A DNA stretch of 64,000 nt from Candidatus Latescibacterota bacterium (GTDB lineage: Bacteria > Latescibacterota > UBA2968 > GCA-2709665). Of this stretch, positions 1 to 10,438 are shown in pieces. The stretch is taken from positions 5,344,001 to 5,408,000 of the forward strand of contig OZ244744.1 of NCBI GenBank assembly GCA_965219455.1, written 5' to 3'. Numbering within the stretch: the stretch's first letter is position 1; the number at the start of each line of letters is the position of its first letter. The position numbers and the translations under genes were made by a program. The notes below the pieces were generated by a model. It worked only from the letters and a program-made list of their open reading frames with translations. It did not search any database and was not told the DNA's origin.

Positions 1-1123
1 GGCCTATGGGCGGGAAAGACGCGAGGACCGGGCGTTTGCGACGGAAACAAGGGAAAGCCTGACGTTCGCGATGCAGACGCAGACGCACCGGGCTTCGGCG
101 AATACCGGCTTCTGGGTGGTGTCGGGGGTGCGCAATACCCTGATATTCTGTCTGGGCTGTTATTTCGTGATTCAGGGGGAAATGACGTACGGCGCCGTTA
201 TGGCGTTCCTGTCGTACGCAATGCGGGTATTCCAGCCGATACTGAATCTGATGAACGTTGGCATTCTATTTGAACAGATGATGGTATCCGTGGATCGGAT
301 CTATGAAGTGCTGGACCATCCGGTTGTAATACGGGACGCCGCTCACGCGGTGGATCTTCCCCCGATCCGCGGACAGGTCGTTTTCGACCGCGTCTGGTTC
401 GAGTACAATGCCGGTGAACCCGTGTTGAAAAACATCTGCCTCGACGTAAAACCCGGTCAGATGGTGGCGCTGGTAGGGCATACCGGATGCGGAAAGTCCA
501 CGCTGACCAGCCTGTTGATGCGATATTACGACGTTTCGGAAGGCGTCATCACGGTAGACGGCCACGATATTCGTGATGTCCGGTTGAAGTCTCTTCGGAA
601 ACAGGTGGGCCAGGTGCTGCAGGACTCGGTACTGTTTAACATGACATTGCGCGAGAATCTCTGTTACGGCAATTCCCAGGTATCGGACCGGGAATTAATA
701 GACGCCGCGAGGGTCGGCGAAATCCACGAATTCGCCATGCGAACGCGGGATGGATACAATTCAAAGGTGGGAGACGGCGGTATCAAGCTTTCGGTGGGAG
801 AAAAACAGCGGCTCGCCATTGCCCGGGCGGTGCTGACCGATCCGGCGATAATGATTCTGGACGAGGCCACGTCGGCACTGGACTCGCTCTCCGAAGCCCT
901 GATACAGAAAGCAATGGCCAACGTCCTGAAGGGACGGACGTCCTTCGTCATTGCGCACCGGCTGTCTACCGTTGTGAACGCCGATCTGATCCTGGTCATG
1001 GACCAGGGTGAAATCGTCGAACGCGGCAACCACGAGTCATTGATGCAAATCCGGAACGGGAAATACAAATGCCTCATCGATCAGCAATTTTCGGGCAGTG
1101 CGGCGTCGGACGCCGCGGGTTGA
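1..1123 (+). CDS. ABC exporter fused permease/ATPase, 5'-truncated by the window
   Basis: Frame open from position 2. Walker A GHTGCGKST, signature LSVGEKQR, Walker B ILDEATSALD, H-loop IAHRLST. Confidence 0.93.
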   Translation, partial: AYGRERREDRAFATETRESLTFAMQTQTHRASANTGFWVVSGVRNTLIFCLGCYFVIQGEMTYGAVMAFLSYAMRVFQPILNLMNVGILFEQMMVSVDRIYEVLDHPVVIRDAAHAVDLPPIRGQVVFDRVWFEYNAGEPVLKNICLDVKPGQMVALVGHTGCGKSTLTSLLMRYYDVSEGVITVDGHDIRDVRLKSLRKQVGQVLQDSVLFNMTLRENLCYGNSQVSDRELIDAARVGEIHEFAMRTRDGYNSKVGDGGIKLSVGEKQRLAIARAVLTDPAIMILDEATSALDSLSEALIQKAMANVLKGRTSFVIAHRLSTVVNADLILVMDQGEIVERGNHESLMQIRNGKYKCLIDQQFSGSAASDAAG

Positions 1124-1172
1124 GAAGCGCAGCGGCCGCGCAACGCCGGTTGAGGCGCGGCAGGGGCGTACC

Positions 1173-3068
1173 ATGAACTCCAATATCGCTCGATTCTTCA
1201 GGATTTATGTACGGCCGTTCCGGTTTCGCGTTGCACTGGTAATGGGGCTGGCCGGTATATCGGGCTCGTATTTTTATGTTCTTGGATTCATAACCAAAAC
1301 AACGGTCGACGATGTACTGCAGATCCGGCCCGATACAAAGGCGGCGCCCGCCGCCGGCGCGATTACCGGCCCGCCTGCAGATTCGCAAAACAACCGCTCG
1401 GTGCGGGACCCGGAGCGGATCCTGCCACACGGCTGGGAGGTCGAACGTCCGGCGGCGACGAAAAGCCGGACCGAGAAAATCAGATGGCTCTGGGCGGTGT
1501 TTGCCCTGTACCTGACAGTGCGGTTCGTGTTCGCGGCAATGACCTGGTTCTTCAACTACAATATCGCTTTTGTGGGCAACCGAATTGTGTACCGCGTGCG
1601 GCTCGATCTGCACCAGAAGGTACAGAAGCTGCAAATGACTTTCTTTGACAGGAAGCAGACCGGCAAGATTATGTCGCGCATTCTGGACGATGTTCAACTG
1701 TTGGAAAACGAGGTAACCGCGACACTTGTAGATGCGTTCGGTCATTTGGCCAAGATCCTGATCGGCATTGTCGTCCTGCTTCTGATAAACGTGGAACTCG
1801 CGGCGGTGTCTCTTCTGGCGCTTCCCCTTTACGCAATCACCTACAAGTTGTTTCAACGGCCGATTTCGGAGACTTTCGCCCGGATGCGGGAAGCCTATTC
1901 GGACACGTACGGGATTCTGGAGGAACGGGTTCGAGGTATCCGGGTGGTCTATTCGTTTGCGAACGAACGGCGCGAACTTAGGATGTTCTTCAAACGCCTG
2001 GTCTCCATTTTCCGGCTTTCGGTGCGCAATTCAATGCTGAACGCGAGTCTTCGAGCCGCCTGCGCGTCCATAAGCGCTGTGGCCGTAGCGCTCATACTCT
2101 ACTGGGGTGTGCTGATGGTTCGGAGTGGCGGCCTGACGGTGGGCGAACTGATATTTTTCAATATGTCACTTTCCAATCTGTTTATGCCGCTTGTGGCACT
2201 GACCAACGTGAATATGGTTTTCCGGCAGATGGCGGTTGTCGTCTCGAGGGTATTCGAAGTCCTCGACGAGGAAATCTCGATCCGGGATCGGCCGGACGCG
2301 GTTCGCTTGAAGCGGGTGCGCGGACGGGTGGCGTTTCGGAACGTCAGGTTCCGGTACACCACCCAGGGAGACGACGTTATAAACGGGCTGACTTTCTCAG
2401 TCATGCCAGGCATGTCTGTGGCGGTAGTCGGTCCATCGGGAGCGGGCAAAAGCACGTTGCTGAGCCTGTTGCTTAGGCTCTACGAACCGACAAAGGGAAG
2501 TATTCTGCTGGACGACTACGATCTTCGCGACATACGCCTTTCGAGCATCCGGCGTCACATCAGCATGGTGCCGCAGGAACCGGTGCTATTCTCCGGTACG
2601 ATCGCCCAGAATATTGTTTACGGCCGGGATGGCGCAACGCCGGACCAGATTATGGAAGCTGGCAGGCGCGCGGAGTTGCACGATTTCATTATGAGTCTAC
2701 CGGAAAAATACGAGTCCAGGGTCGAAGAGGGCGGCAGCAATCTGTCCGGCGGCCAGAAGCAGCGCCTGGCGCTGGCTATGGCGATCTTGACCGACCCTGC
2801 CATCCTGATCCTGGATGATACGACGTCGGCGCTGGATGCCGGCACCGAGGCCCGTATCCAGAAGACGCTGGATCGGGTCATGGATGGGCGGACGACTTTT
2901 GTAATCACGCACCGGATATCAACGGCCACCCGTGCGGAACGGATTCTGGTACTGGACAATGGACGGATGGCGGGGTGGGGAACCCACGAGGCATTGCTGT
3001 CTGGGGGCGGGGTATACAGTCAGCTCTACGACGAGCAGCAGCGGTTGTCGACGGAGCCGGCAGGATAA
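1173..3068 (+). CDS. ABC exporter fused permease/ATPase (partner half-transporter)
   Basis: N-terminal TM helices; GPSGAGKST, LSGGQKQR, degenerate Walker B ILDDTTSALD. ATG 1173 chosen as start. Confidence 0.92.
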   Translation: MNSNIARFFRIYVRPFRFRVALVMGLAGISGSYFYVLGFITKTTVDDVLQIRPDTKAAPAAGAITGPPADSQNNRSVRDPERILPHGWEVERPAATKSRTEKIRWLWAVFALYLTVRFVFAAMTWFFNYNIAFVGNRIVYRVRLDLHQKVQKLQMTFFDRKQTGKIMSRILDDVQLLENEVTATLVDAFGHLAKILIGIVVLLLINVELAAVSLLALPLYAITYKLFQRPISETFARMREAYSDTYGILEERVRGIRVVYSFANERRELRMFFKRLVSIFRLSVRNSMLNASLRAACASISAVAVALILYWGVLMVRSGGLTVGELIFFNMSLSNLFMPLVALTNVNMVFRQMAVVVSRVFEVLDEEISIRDRPDAVRLKRVRGRVAFRNVRFRYTTQGDDVINGLTFSVMPGMSVAVVGPSGAGKSTLLSLLLRLYEPTKGSILLDDYDLRDIRLSSIRRHISMVPQEPVLFSGTIAQNIVYGRDGATPDQIMEAGRRAELHDFIMSLPEKYESRVEEGGSNLSGGQKQRLALAMAILTDPAILILDDTTSALDAGTEARIQKTLDRVMDGRTTFVITHRISTATRAERILVLDNGRMAGWGTHEALLSGGGVYSQLYDEQQRLSTEPAG

Positions 3069-3183
3069 GGAGACCGCAGCATCGCCCGGGGCATATCGAA
3101 GCGAAAATGAAATGATGTGTTGGGTGGGAGGGGCGGGCGGGATCGCCCACGCAATGTACAGTGGCCAAAAACCTGGCCTATCA

Positions 3184-3957
3184 TCATTCGTTTACGGACT
3201 CAAGATGGCTGAACTGGGTTTCGTCTTCGCCGCTGTATTTCTTGATGCAAAGGTCGCAATCCGGACATGGACGATTGTAGCAATTCTTGTGGACCCGGAC
3301 GGGGTACTGAACCTGAAAGGCTTCACAACAGTGTTTGGAACAGAAAACGTACCTGTCCTGGCAGCTCCCGAAAGCGGCGTAGACGACAATGACTTCCTCT
3401 TCGGCCAGCGTCAGGGCCTTTTCACACCAGCTGCAGATACCGGCCTGCTCCCTTGCCCGGGCGGTACGCTTTTTTTCGATTTCTTCTTCGGACCACAGGT
3501 ATTCTATGTGCTGGACGTTATCTTTGGTGACTTTCGTGCGCACCACGCCGTCGGTGATGCCCAGGATATGGTCGCCCTGCGTGTCGAAAGTGGTGCCGCA
3601 TTCGATCTTGTGCCCGGTTTTAAGGTGTATGATGGACTTGCCCTCTTCCGGCGAGATGAAAGAAAACCAGCCGCAGCTTGCGCAGACACTGGTGAAGAGA
3701 AACTGCCGCGTCTTGTGGCCGCACGACGGACAACGGCCTTCCTCCATCATACGGATGTCCTGGAGCGTGGCTTTGGCGGCATTCTTGACGGCAACGTTGA
3801 TTTCCTCCATCGTCTCGTCGAGATCGTCCGAGTCCTTCTCGCCAAGCAGACTCATGGCTTCTTCGGCTTCTTCCGCCTGTCTTTCAATAACGATCTGTTT
3901 CTCACGACTCGACGCCGGATTTTCTTCCTCGTCACGCTTGAAGATGCCCTTCAACAT
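3184..3957 (-). CDS. Hypothetical Cys-rich multi-zinc-finger protein
   Basis: CPSC..CASC, CSWC..FCSKHC, HKNC..CPDCDLC motifs; acidic helical N-terminus; good upstream promoter. Confidence 0.75.
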   Translation of the reverse strand: MLKGIFKRDEEENPASSREKQIVIERQAEEAEEAMSLLGEKDSDDLDETMEEINVAVKNAAKATLQDIRMMEEGRCPSCGHKTRQFLFTSVCASCGWFSFISPEEGKSIIHLKTGHKIECGTTFDTQGDHILGITDGVVRTKVTKDNVQHIEYLWSEEEIEKKRTARAREQAGICSWCEKALTLAEEEVIVVYAAFGSCQDRYVFCSKHCCEAFQVQYPVRVHKNCYNRPCPDCDLCIKKYSGEDETQFSHLESVNE

Positions 3958-4125
3958 AAGGTCGCACCCCAATCTAAAGCCAACACGAACACGTTGTTGT
4001 CAACGTTGGGTTCGCAGGCGGACAGGCGGACTTCCAATGTAGTAAACACCGGTCCGGAATCTTGTGTTTTTCTCTCCGGCGCGGTCTATCGATAGAAAAT
4101 TAGAGGACACTGACGCACCTTGTTA

Positions 4126-4154
4126 AATATAACCATGGTCTACCGATAAGTCAA
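4126..4154 (-). promoter_or_regulatory. sigma70-type promoter for the Zn-finger gene
   Basis: Minus strand TTGACT-17 nt-TATATT. Confidence 0.6.
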
Positions 4155-4186
4155 TTTCCTGCGCACGAACCGGTATGTTGACAAAC

Positions 4187-4957
4187 TCAAAGGCGCCGCA
4201 GGTGGAAACCGCCGTCGACGGGAATCGCCGCCCCTGTCGTGAAGTCGAAATACCCCAGAGCGACAGCGGCTACCGCTTTCCCGACGTCTTCCGGCAAACC
4301 CCAGCGCCGGATGGGCGTTAGCCCGTCCGAAATCCGCCGGTCATATATTTCGCTGACCGGGGCGGTCATATCCGTCCTGATAATGCCGGGCTGGATCTCG
4401 TTGACGGTGATTCCGTGCTCGGCCAGCCGAACCGCAAAAAGCGCGGTCATCATGCTAAGGCCGGCCTTGGAGACACAGTACTCGCCTCTGGATGTGGAAG
4501 TTGCGAAGGCTGAAATCGACGTGACGTTTACGATTCTGGCCTTCGGCACAATCCCGTTCCTGGTGAGTTGGATCATGCGGTTGGCCGCCAGTTGAGTCAG
4601 GAAGTAGGCGCCTTTAAGGTTGGTACCGAGAACTTCATCGTAACTCTCGGGCGTGGCTTCCAGAATATCCGCGCGGGACCGCGGGGCAATGCCTGCGTTG
4701 TTTACGAGCAGGTCCAGACGGCCGAACGCGTCCATGGTAAATTCAACCAGGCGCCGTCTGTCTTCGGGAACCGCGACAGACGCCCGGCATATGCGCGCCC
4801 GGCGATTTCGCTTGTCGACCTCGCCGGCCGCCTGTTCCGCTGCTTCCCGGTTTTTTTCGTAGTTGACAATGATATCAAAACCGACGTCGGCCAGACAACA
4901 GGCAATGGCTCGGCCGATACCCCGGCTGGAGCCCGTAACGAGTGCGACAGGGGCCAT
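4187..4957 (-). CDS. SDR family oxidoreductase (3-ketoacyl-ACP-reductase-like)
   Basis: TGSSRGIG, NNAG, YCVSK catalytic motif, C-terminal VDGGFH. Confidence 0.92.
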   Translation of the reverse strand: MAPVALVTGSSRGIGRAIACCLADVGFDIIVNYEKNREAAEQAAGEVDKRNRRARICRASVAVPEDRRRLVEFTMDAFGRLDLLVNNAGIAPRSRADILEATPESYDEVLGTNLKGAYFLTQLAANRMIQLTRNGIVPKARIVNVTSISAFATSTSRGEYCVSKAGLSMMTALFAVRLAEHGITVNEIQPGIIRTDMTAPVSEIYDRRISDGLTPIRRWGLPEDVGKAVAAVALGYFDFTTGAAIPVDGGFHLRRL

Positions 4958-5358
4958 GGTTTTTTCCTGCTTGATGTTGTGGGAATCCTGTGACGGGTCT
5001 GAAAAATGCAACGTTGCCCGCGGCGTCCGCCGAAATTGTTAATCTTGCGACGTTATTGCAACGAATCCCTACGTTGCAAGGGCGTTTGTACATATTCCCG
5101 GGCGGGTCGCGATTCAAGGAAGTCCGCCTTAAAGATATGAATTTCTTCGCTCTGGTGTGGGTTATTTTGGGGAGTGGGCATCGAATGGGTCAACCGATTC
5201 AACCCGCGTGCCGCGCCTGGAATGCAGGCGGTCAAAAGTCGTACTATAGAGTCCACATAACCGGTTTGTGTTCCGGAAGGGGGCTACTTCAATAGCTGCA
5301 ATACAGAAAGTAGACAAGATGAAGTAGAAAATTGGCATTATCGCTAGGGAGGCAGGCT

Positions 5359-6129
5359 ATGGAAAATCTCAAATCGGGACGGCTCGCGGGTAAGGTGGCC
5401 ATTGTAACGGGGGCATCATCCGGTATTGGGGAGGGTACCGCGATTCTGCTGGCCTGGGAGGGTGCCCGTGTCGCCGTGGTGGACGTGGACGTGGAGGGCG
5501 GTGTACGGACCGCGGACAGGATTGAAACAAGCGGCGGAGCGGCGATTTTTATCGAAGCCGACGTAAGCGAGGCTCTGCAGGTGCAAAAAATGGTGGCGCA
5601 AACGGTGGAAATATTCGGCAGGCTGGATATTCTGCATAACAACGCTATCTGGTACGACAATGCACCGGCCACCGAGTTGGAGGAAGCCGTGTGGGACAGG
5701 ACGTTGAACACGGGGCTGAAAGCAATCTATCTGGCGGCCAAGTACGCCATACCGGCAATGTTGAAGACAGGTGGCGGGTCGATTGTAAACACGGGTTCGG
5801 TGCACTCCCTTGTGGGGTTCGAGACCCATACGGCTTACGATGCCGCCAAAGCCGGGGTGCTGGGCATTACAAGGGTCCTGGCTTTGGATTACGGGCCCGC
5901 AATCCGCGTGAACGCGGTATTGCCCGGCGCGATTGAGACGCCCCTCTGGGAGCGGATGAAGGTCTCCTCGGAGGACCGGCGCAGAATGGCCGAAATGGTG
6001 CCGGCCAAACGGCTCGGCACCGCGGCCGACATCGCGTCCGCCGTCCTTTTCCTGGCTTCTGAAGAGGCGTCGTTCATAACCGGAACCTCGCTTGTCGTGG
6101 ATGGGGGAATGTTGGCGCGGACGATGTAA
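5359..6129 (+). CDS. SDR family oxidoreductase
   Basis: TGASSGIG, HNNA, YDAAK, VDGG; GGAGG RBS upstream of ATG 5359. Confidence 0.92.
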   Translation: MENLKSGRLAGKVAIVTGASSGIGEGTAILLAWEGARVAVVDVDVEGGVRTADRIETSGGAAIFIEADVSEALQVQKMVAQTVEIFGRLDILHNNAIWYDNAPATELEEAVWDRTLNTGLKAIYLAAKYAIPAMLKTGGGSIVNTGSVHSLVGFETHTAYDAAKAGVLGITRVLALDYGPAIRVNAVLPGAIETPLWERMKVSSEDRRRMAEMVPAKRLGTAADIASAVLFLASEEASFITGTSLVVDGGMLARTM

Positions 6130-6295
6130 ATCATCACGCCAAATTGCCGGTATTGCTTCCCGTATCGCAGCGCAGGATCCGGAATTGGCGCAGAACAAGG
6201 TCGGACAGTCGCCAAATGCATCGTGCGCAGGGGCATGGGTTCACAGAACGACCCGCGCGCGGGCGTGAACGACGCTTCACGTCAGGTGGGTCGCG

Positions 6296-8029
6296 TTACG
6301 TGTCTGTACGCGTGGGTGAATTCCTCATCCGGGTTGTTGCCGGTCCGTCCACTTCAAGCGCTTCAGGTTCGATAACAACGCCGTATTCCGTTTCAGCAGC
6401 CTCCCTGCAGTAGTACCCCCGTCTCACGTCTTCCAGGACCGCTTCCGCCGATCGCATGCCGGGAGCGCCGTATCCACCACCGCCGGGGGTTTCAAGGCGG
6501 AGGCAATCACCTTCAACCATATGGATGCCTTCGTCCTTTGTGATGTGCGGAGGGCGGTATGCTTTGCCGCGGAGCGTGAAGGTGTGCACGGCCGGTTTAC
6601 CCGGTTTGCCGCCCAGCACCCCGAAGGGTCGGAATCGTCCCCGGTCTCCCAGCAGGGAAGCACTGGCGTCGCCCCGCCGGAGCCTGAATTCGAGTATCAC
6701 GCCAAATCCGCCCCGGCGGCAGCCGGGGCCACCGGAGTCTTCGCGAATGGCGTACGTTTTGAAAAGAACCGGATACCGGGATTCGAAGATCTCCAGAGCC
6801 TGTGTGCGGGCTACCGCAATGGTGGGATTGCCGTTGGTGAGCCCGTCCGTCAGGAAGTTGCCGCCGTAGCCCCCGCCAATAAAGGAGTAGAAGACGAAAT
6901 ATCCCCGTTCCGGATCGTTTCCGCCTACGGAGAGATTCGTGACGGTTCCCATGGGTCCGGCGTAACAGCGGTCCGGAAGGGCCTGGCTCATTGCGCCCAG
7001 TACCACGTCGATTATGCGCTGGCACACTTCCGCCGCGCAGCCGGAGACGGGACGCGGCGGCAGGGCGTGAAGAAAGGTGGTGGATGGAATATTGAAGGAA
7101 AAGGGTTTGAAACAACCCCTGTTGATGGGTACATCCGGGAAGAAATGTTTGAAGGCGATATAGACGCCGGCCATTGTCGTGCTCAAGACGCTGTTGAGCG
7201 GCCCTCGACATGCCGGGCTGCTGTCCGAGAGGTCGATGTGAACGCTGTCGACGTCAATTGTCATCTCGAGATGGATATGTAGCGGCTTCCAATCCACGCC
7301 GTCGCTGTCCATGTACTCGTCAAAGGTGTAACGTCCGTCGGGAATGGTTGAGATGTGCTTCCGCATCAGCCTCTCGGAACGAAGCTCCAACTCGTTGACA
7401 GTCTCGAACACGGTCGCTTCTCCGTAGCGATTCAATAAAGCCGCCAGCCGATCTGAACCGAGGTTCAGCGACGCGACCTGAGCGATGATATCCCCCTGGC
7501 GTTCGTCGGGTACCCGTACGTTGTGCAAAATGATGTCGACCACTTCCTGATTGAGTTTGCCTTTGTCCATAAGCTTGAGCGGGGGCAGCCGCAGGCCTTC
7601 CTGATATACCTCCGTGGCTTTCGAAGAAAAGCCGCCCGGAACGCGTCCGCCAATGTCCGGCCAGTGTCCGCTATTGGCCAGGTAGAACGCGAGTTTTTTT
7701 CCGTAAAAGAAAGGTTTGATCAATTTGACATCCATCAAATGGGTGCCGCCAAGATAGGGGTCATTGACAATATAGAGGTCGCCCTCGGCGGGCGCTTTGA
7801 AATGGTCGATGGTTGCACGCACGGTGTGTTGCATCACGCAGATGAAATTCGGCAGGCCGCGCGGCCCCTGCACGATGACCGAGCCGTCGATCGCGGCATA
7901 AATACCGCTGGCCCGGTCGAAGCCGTCCGAAATCACCGGCGAAAAAGCCATGCGTTCCAGCGTGGCATCCATTTCATCCGCGATTTGTTCCAGGCTGCCG
8001 CGAATTACAGCCAGCGTGATCGGGTCCAT
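6296..8029 (-). CDS. Hydantoinase B/oxoprolinase family protein
   Basis: MDPITLAVIR start, NDPYLGGTHLMD, HWPDIGG, DSGGPG..RGG, ETPGGGGYG. Start could lie upstream, up to 8131. Confidence 0.92.
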   Translation of the reverse strand: MDPITLAVIRGSLEQIADEMDATLERMAFSPVISDGFDRASGIYAAIDGSVIVQGPRGLPNFICVMQHTVRATIDHFKAPAEGDLYIVNDPYLGGTHLMDVKLIKPFFYGKKLAFYLANSGHWPDIGGRVPGGFSSKATEVYQEGLRLPPLKLMDKGKLNQEVVDIILHNVRVPDERQGDIIAQVASLNLGSDRLAALLNRYGEATVFETVNELELRSERLMRKHISTIPDGRYTFDEYMDSDGVDWKPLHIHLEMTIDVDSVHIDLSDSSPACRGPLNSVLSTTMAGVYIAFKHFFPDVPINRGCFKPFSFNIPSTTFLHALPPRPVSGCAAEVCQRIIDVVLGAMSQALPDRCYAGPMGTVTNLSVGGNDPERGYFVFYSFIGGGYGGNFLTDGLTNGNPTIAVARTQALEIFESRYPVLFKTYAIREDSGGPGCRRGGFGVILEFRLRRGDASASLLGDRGRFRPFGVLGGKPGKPAVHTFTLRGKAYRPPHITKDEGIHMVEGDCLRLETPGGGGYGAPGMRSAEAVLEDVRRGYYCREAAETEYGVVIEPEALEVDGPATTRMRNSPTRTDT

Positions 8030-8087
8030 GACAGAGGTGCTCCCGGTCGAAATTACCACGGACGGCGGCCGTTCGCCCGGCCAGCGG

Positions 8088-10184
8088 CTACGCTGGCGCG
8101 TGGCGTGTATGCTCCGCACGGGTTGATTCAATGAGAAAGCTGCCGCCGCCCAACACGCGGGCGCGGATGGATGGATCCAGCCAGACGGTTGTGTCGGATT
8201 GTTCGATAACCGCCGGCCCGGTCACTTCAGAATCCCAGGGAATTCTGGAACGCTCGTATGTGGGGCACCGGACGAAACGGTCGTCCACCCAGACATCGCG
8301 GCTTCCCTTGTAGGCCTGATCCAGCGTTGTCGGCGGCGGGGTCAGCAATGAACCCAGAGAACGGTGTTTCCTTATGCCTATAATGGAGGTCCGCAGGTTG
8401 AGCAGTCGAACGGGAATGCCGTCCAGCAACGCCTCCAGGTGGCCAAACCCCCCGTGGGCACTCCCGTAACGCTGAAGGTACGCGGTTCTGAAGCGCGACG
8501 CGATGCGCTCGGGACTCACATCGTCATCCGGCAACGCGGTACGGATAACGTGGGTCTGGCCTTCGTAGGCGATGTCAGCTTCACGGAGCAGATGAATACG
8601 GCTCAGGGGCAGATTTACCTGTTTCAGAAATGCTTTTCCCTGCGCCTGGTCATCGTCGAAGATACGTCGGATTTCGGTCGGGTCCAGGTCGTCGATACGG
8701 CGGTTGACCATTGTCACGTAGTCGCGCTTCACGTCTGCGATGGCGCAGCCCCACGCGGACGCGATGCCCGGGTGATAAGGGACGAGACCCCGTGGGATAC
8801 CGAGTTCATCCATCAGAAAACCAACCAGAAGGGGTCCGCTTCCGCCAAAGGCGAAGAGGGCGAAGTCTCTGGGATTCCGGCCGCGATCGATAGAGATTCG
8901 CCGGAGGCTGCCTGCAATACGGTTGTTGGTTACGGCGACGACGGCCCGGGCGGCCTCCTCGGCTGAGAGGCCAAGTGGACCGGCGACGTGTTCTTCCAGC
9001 GCGAACCTGGCTTTCGGCATGTCAAAGGAAAAACCTTCCTTACCGGCGATGGGGTATTCGGGGTTGATCCGCCCCAACACAAGGTTCGCATCGGTCAACG
9101 TCGGAAGGTGGCCGCCTCTTCCATAACACGCCGGTCCCGGGTCCGCGCCGGCGCTTTCCGGGCCAACCTGAAGGATGCCGCCCTCGTCGATGCGTGCAAT
9201 GCTGCCTCCGCCCGCGCCCACGGTCTGGATGTCGATCATGGATAGCAGGATCGGAATGCCGAAATCCAGCTCGGTCCCGTGGGCCTGCACCGGGATCCCA
9301 TCCGTAACCAGCGAGACGTCCAGGCTGGTACCGCCCATATCGTAGGCGATGAGATTTCGGATGTCGCTCTCGGCGGCGATGGCCGTTGCGGCGATTACGC
9401 CCGCTGCCGGCCCTGAAAGCACGGTCTGAACGGCGTATCTTCCTGCCTCATCGGCAGGTACCATGCCTCCGTTGGATTGCATAACGAGCAGATTGGTCCG
9501 ATAACCCCTCCGCTTCAGGCTGCGTTCCAGGTTGGTTAGATAGCGGCTTACAACCGGTTGGACGTACGCGTTCACGACGGCTGTACTGGTGCGCTCGAAT
9601 TCCCGAATCAGCGGGAGGACGTCCGCAGATGCAACCACGTACAGTTCCGGATAGCGATTCTCGATAAGCGATTTCGCCCGGCGTTCGTGGATCGGGTTGG
9701 CGTACGAGTTCATAAACGAGATTACGATGGATTCGACGTCTTTGGCAGTAAGTTTCTCTGCGCAGGCAATGACTGCGTCCTCGTCGAGCGGGACAAGCAC
9801 TTCGCCCTCCGCGGAGATGCGTTCGGTAACCTCCAGGCGGCGGTCGCGTGGAATAAGAGGTTCATAGGTTCCGGTCAGCCCGTAGAGATGGGGCCGGTCC
9901 CGTCGCCGGAGTTCCAGGATATCTCTGAATCCCCCGGTGGCGATCAGACCGCATCTCCCGCCCTTACGTTCGAGGACGGCGTTCGTCGCTACGGTGGTCC
10001 CGTGTATGACGAGTTCGATTCCACTATTAGCGGCGCACAGGGCCTCTATACCTTCAATCAACCCCTGCGAAGGATCTCCGGGTGTCGTGGGGACCTTCCT
10101 GACGACCAGGGACGGCCCGGAATCATCCAGTATCAGGATGTCCGTGAAGGTGCCCCCGATGTCGACGCCAACAAGCCTGGACAT
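8088..10184 (-). CDS. Hydantoinase A/oxoprolinase family protein
   Basis: VDIGGTFTD, HGTTVATNA, SGPAAG, DMGGTS, GAGGGS, SAGADPGPACY. Confidence 0.94.
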   Translation of the reverse strand: MSRLVGVDIGGTFTDILILDDSGPSLVVRKVPTTPGDPSQGLIEGIEALCAANSGIELVIHGTTVATNAVLERKGGRCGLIATGGFRDILELRRRDRPHLYGLTGTYEPLIPRDRRLEVTERISAEGEVLVPLDEDAVIACAEKLTAKDVESIVISFMNSYANPIHERRAKSLIENRYPELYVVASADVLPLIREFERTSTAVVNAYVQPVVSRYLTNLERSLKRRGYRTNLLVMQSNGGMVPADEAGRYAVQTVLSGPAAGVIAATAIAAESDIRNLIAYDMGGTSLDVSLVTDGIPVQAHGTELDFGIPILLSMIDIQTVGAGGGSIARIDEGGILQVGPESAGADPGPACYGRGGHLPTLTDANLVLGRINPEYPIAGKEGFSFDMPKARFALEEHVAGPLGLSAEEAARAVVAVTNNRIAGSLRRISIDRGRNPRDFALFAFGGSGPLLVGFLMDELGIPRGLVPYHPGIASAWGCAIADVKRDYVTMVNRRIDDLDPTEIRRIFDDDQAQGKAFLKQVNLPLSRIHLLREADIAYEGQTHVIRTALPDDDVSPERIASRFRTAYLQRYGSAHGGFGHLEALLDGIPVRLLNLRTSIIGIRKHRSLGSLLTPPPTTLDQAYKGSRDVWVDDRFVRCPTYERSRIPWDSEVTGPAVIEQSDTTVWLDPSIRARVLGGGSFLIESTRAEHTRHAPA

Positions 10185-10438
10185 GTTCTCCCCTTTGCGG
10201 GGGTGGTACGGTTTGTGTATTGGACGACAGGCAGAACTTAGACGATCCACAGGTGCGCGTCAACTCAAAAAACAGATGTTCGCGGGAATACCGGCTTCCG
10301 GCGATGCTCTGGAATCGCAAGCGTGCCGAAGGGCGCAGTTCCGCCTTTTCAATCTTGACCCGACCGGGTTCTTCTCTTAAATTTGAAAGGATCTGTCCAG
10401 GGGTCGACGCGATCTTTCGCACGTTGAGGGGAATCCGT

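Noticed and set aside
2932-4095. 387-aa + strand ORF
   Set aside because: Antisense shadow of the Cys-rich gene, which has coherent motifs and a promoter.
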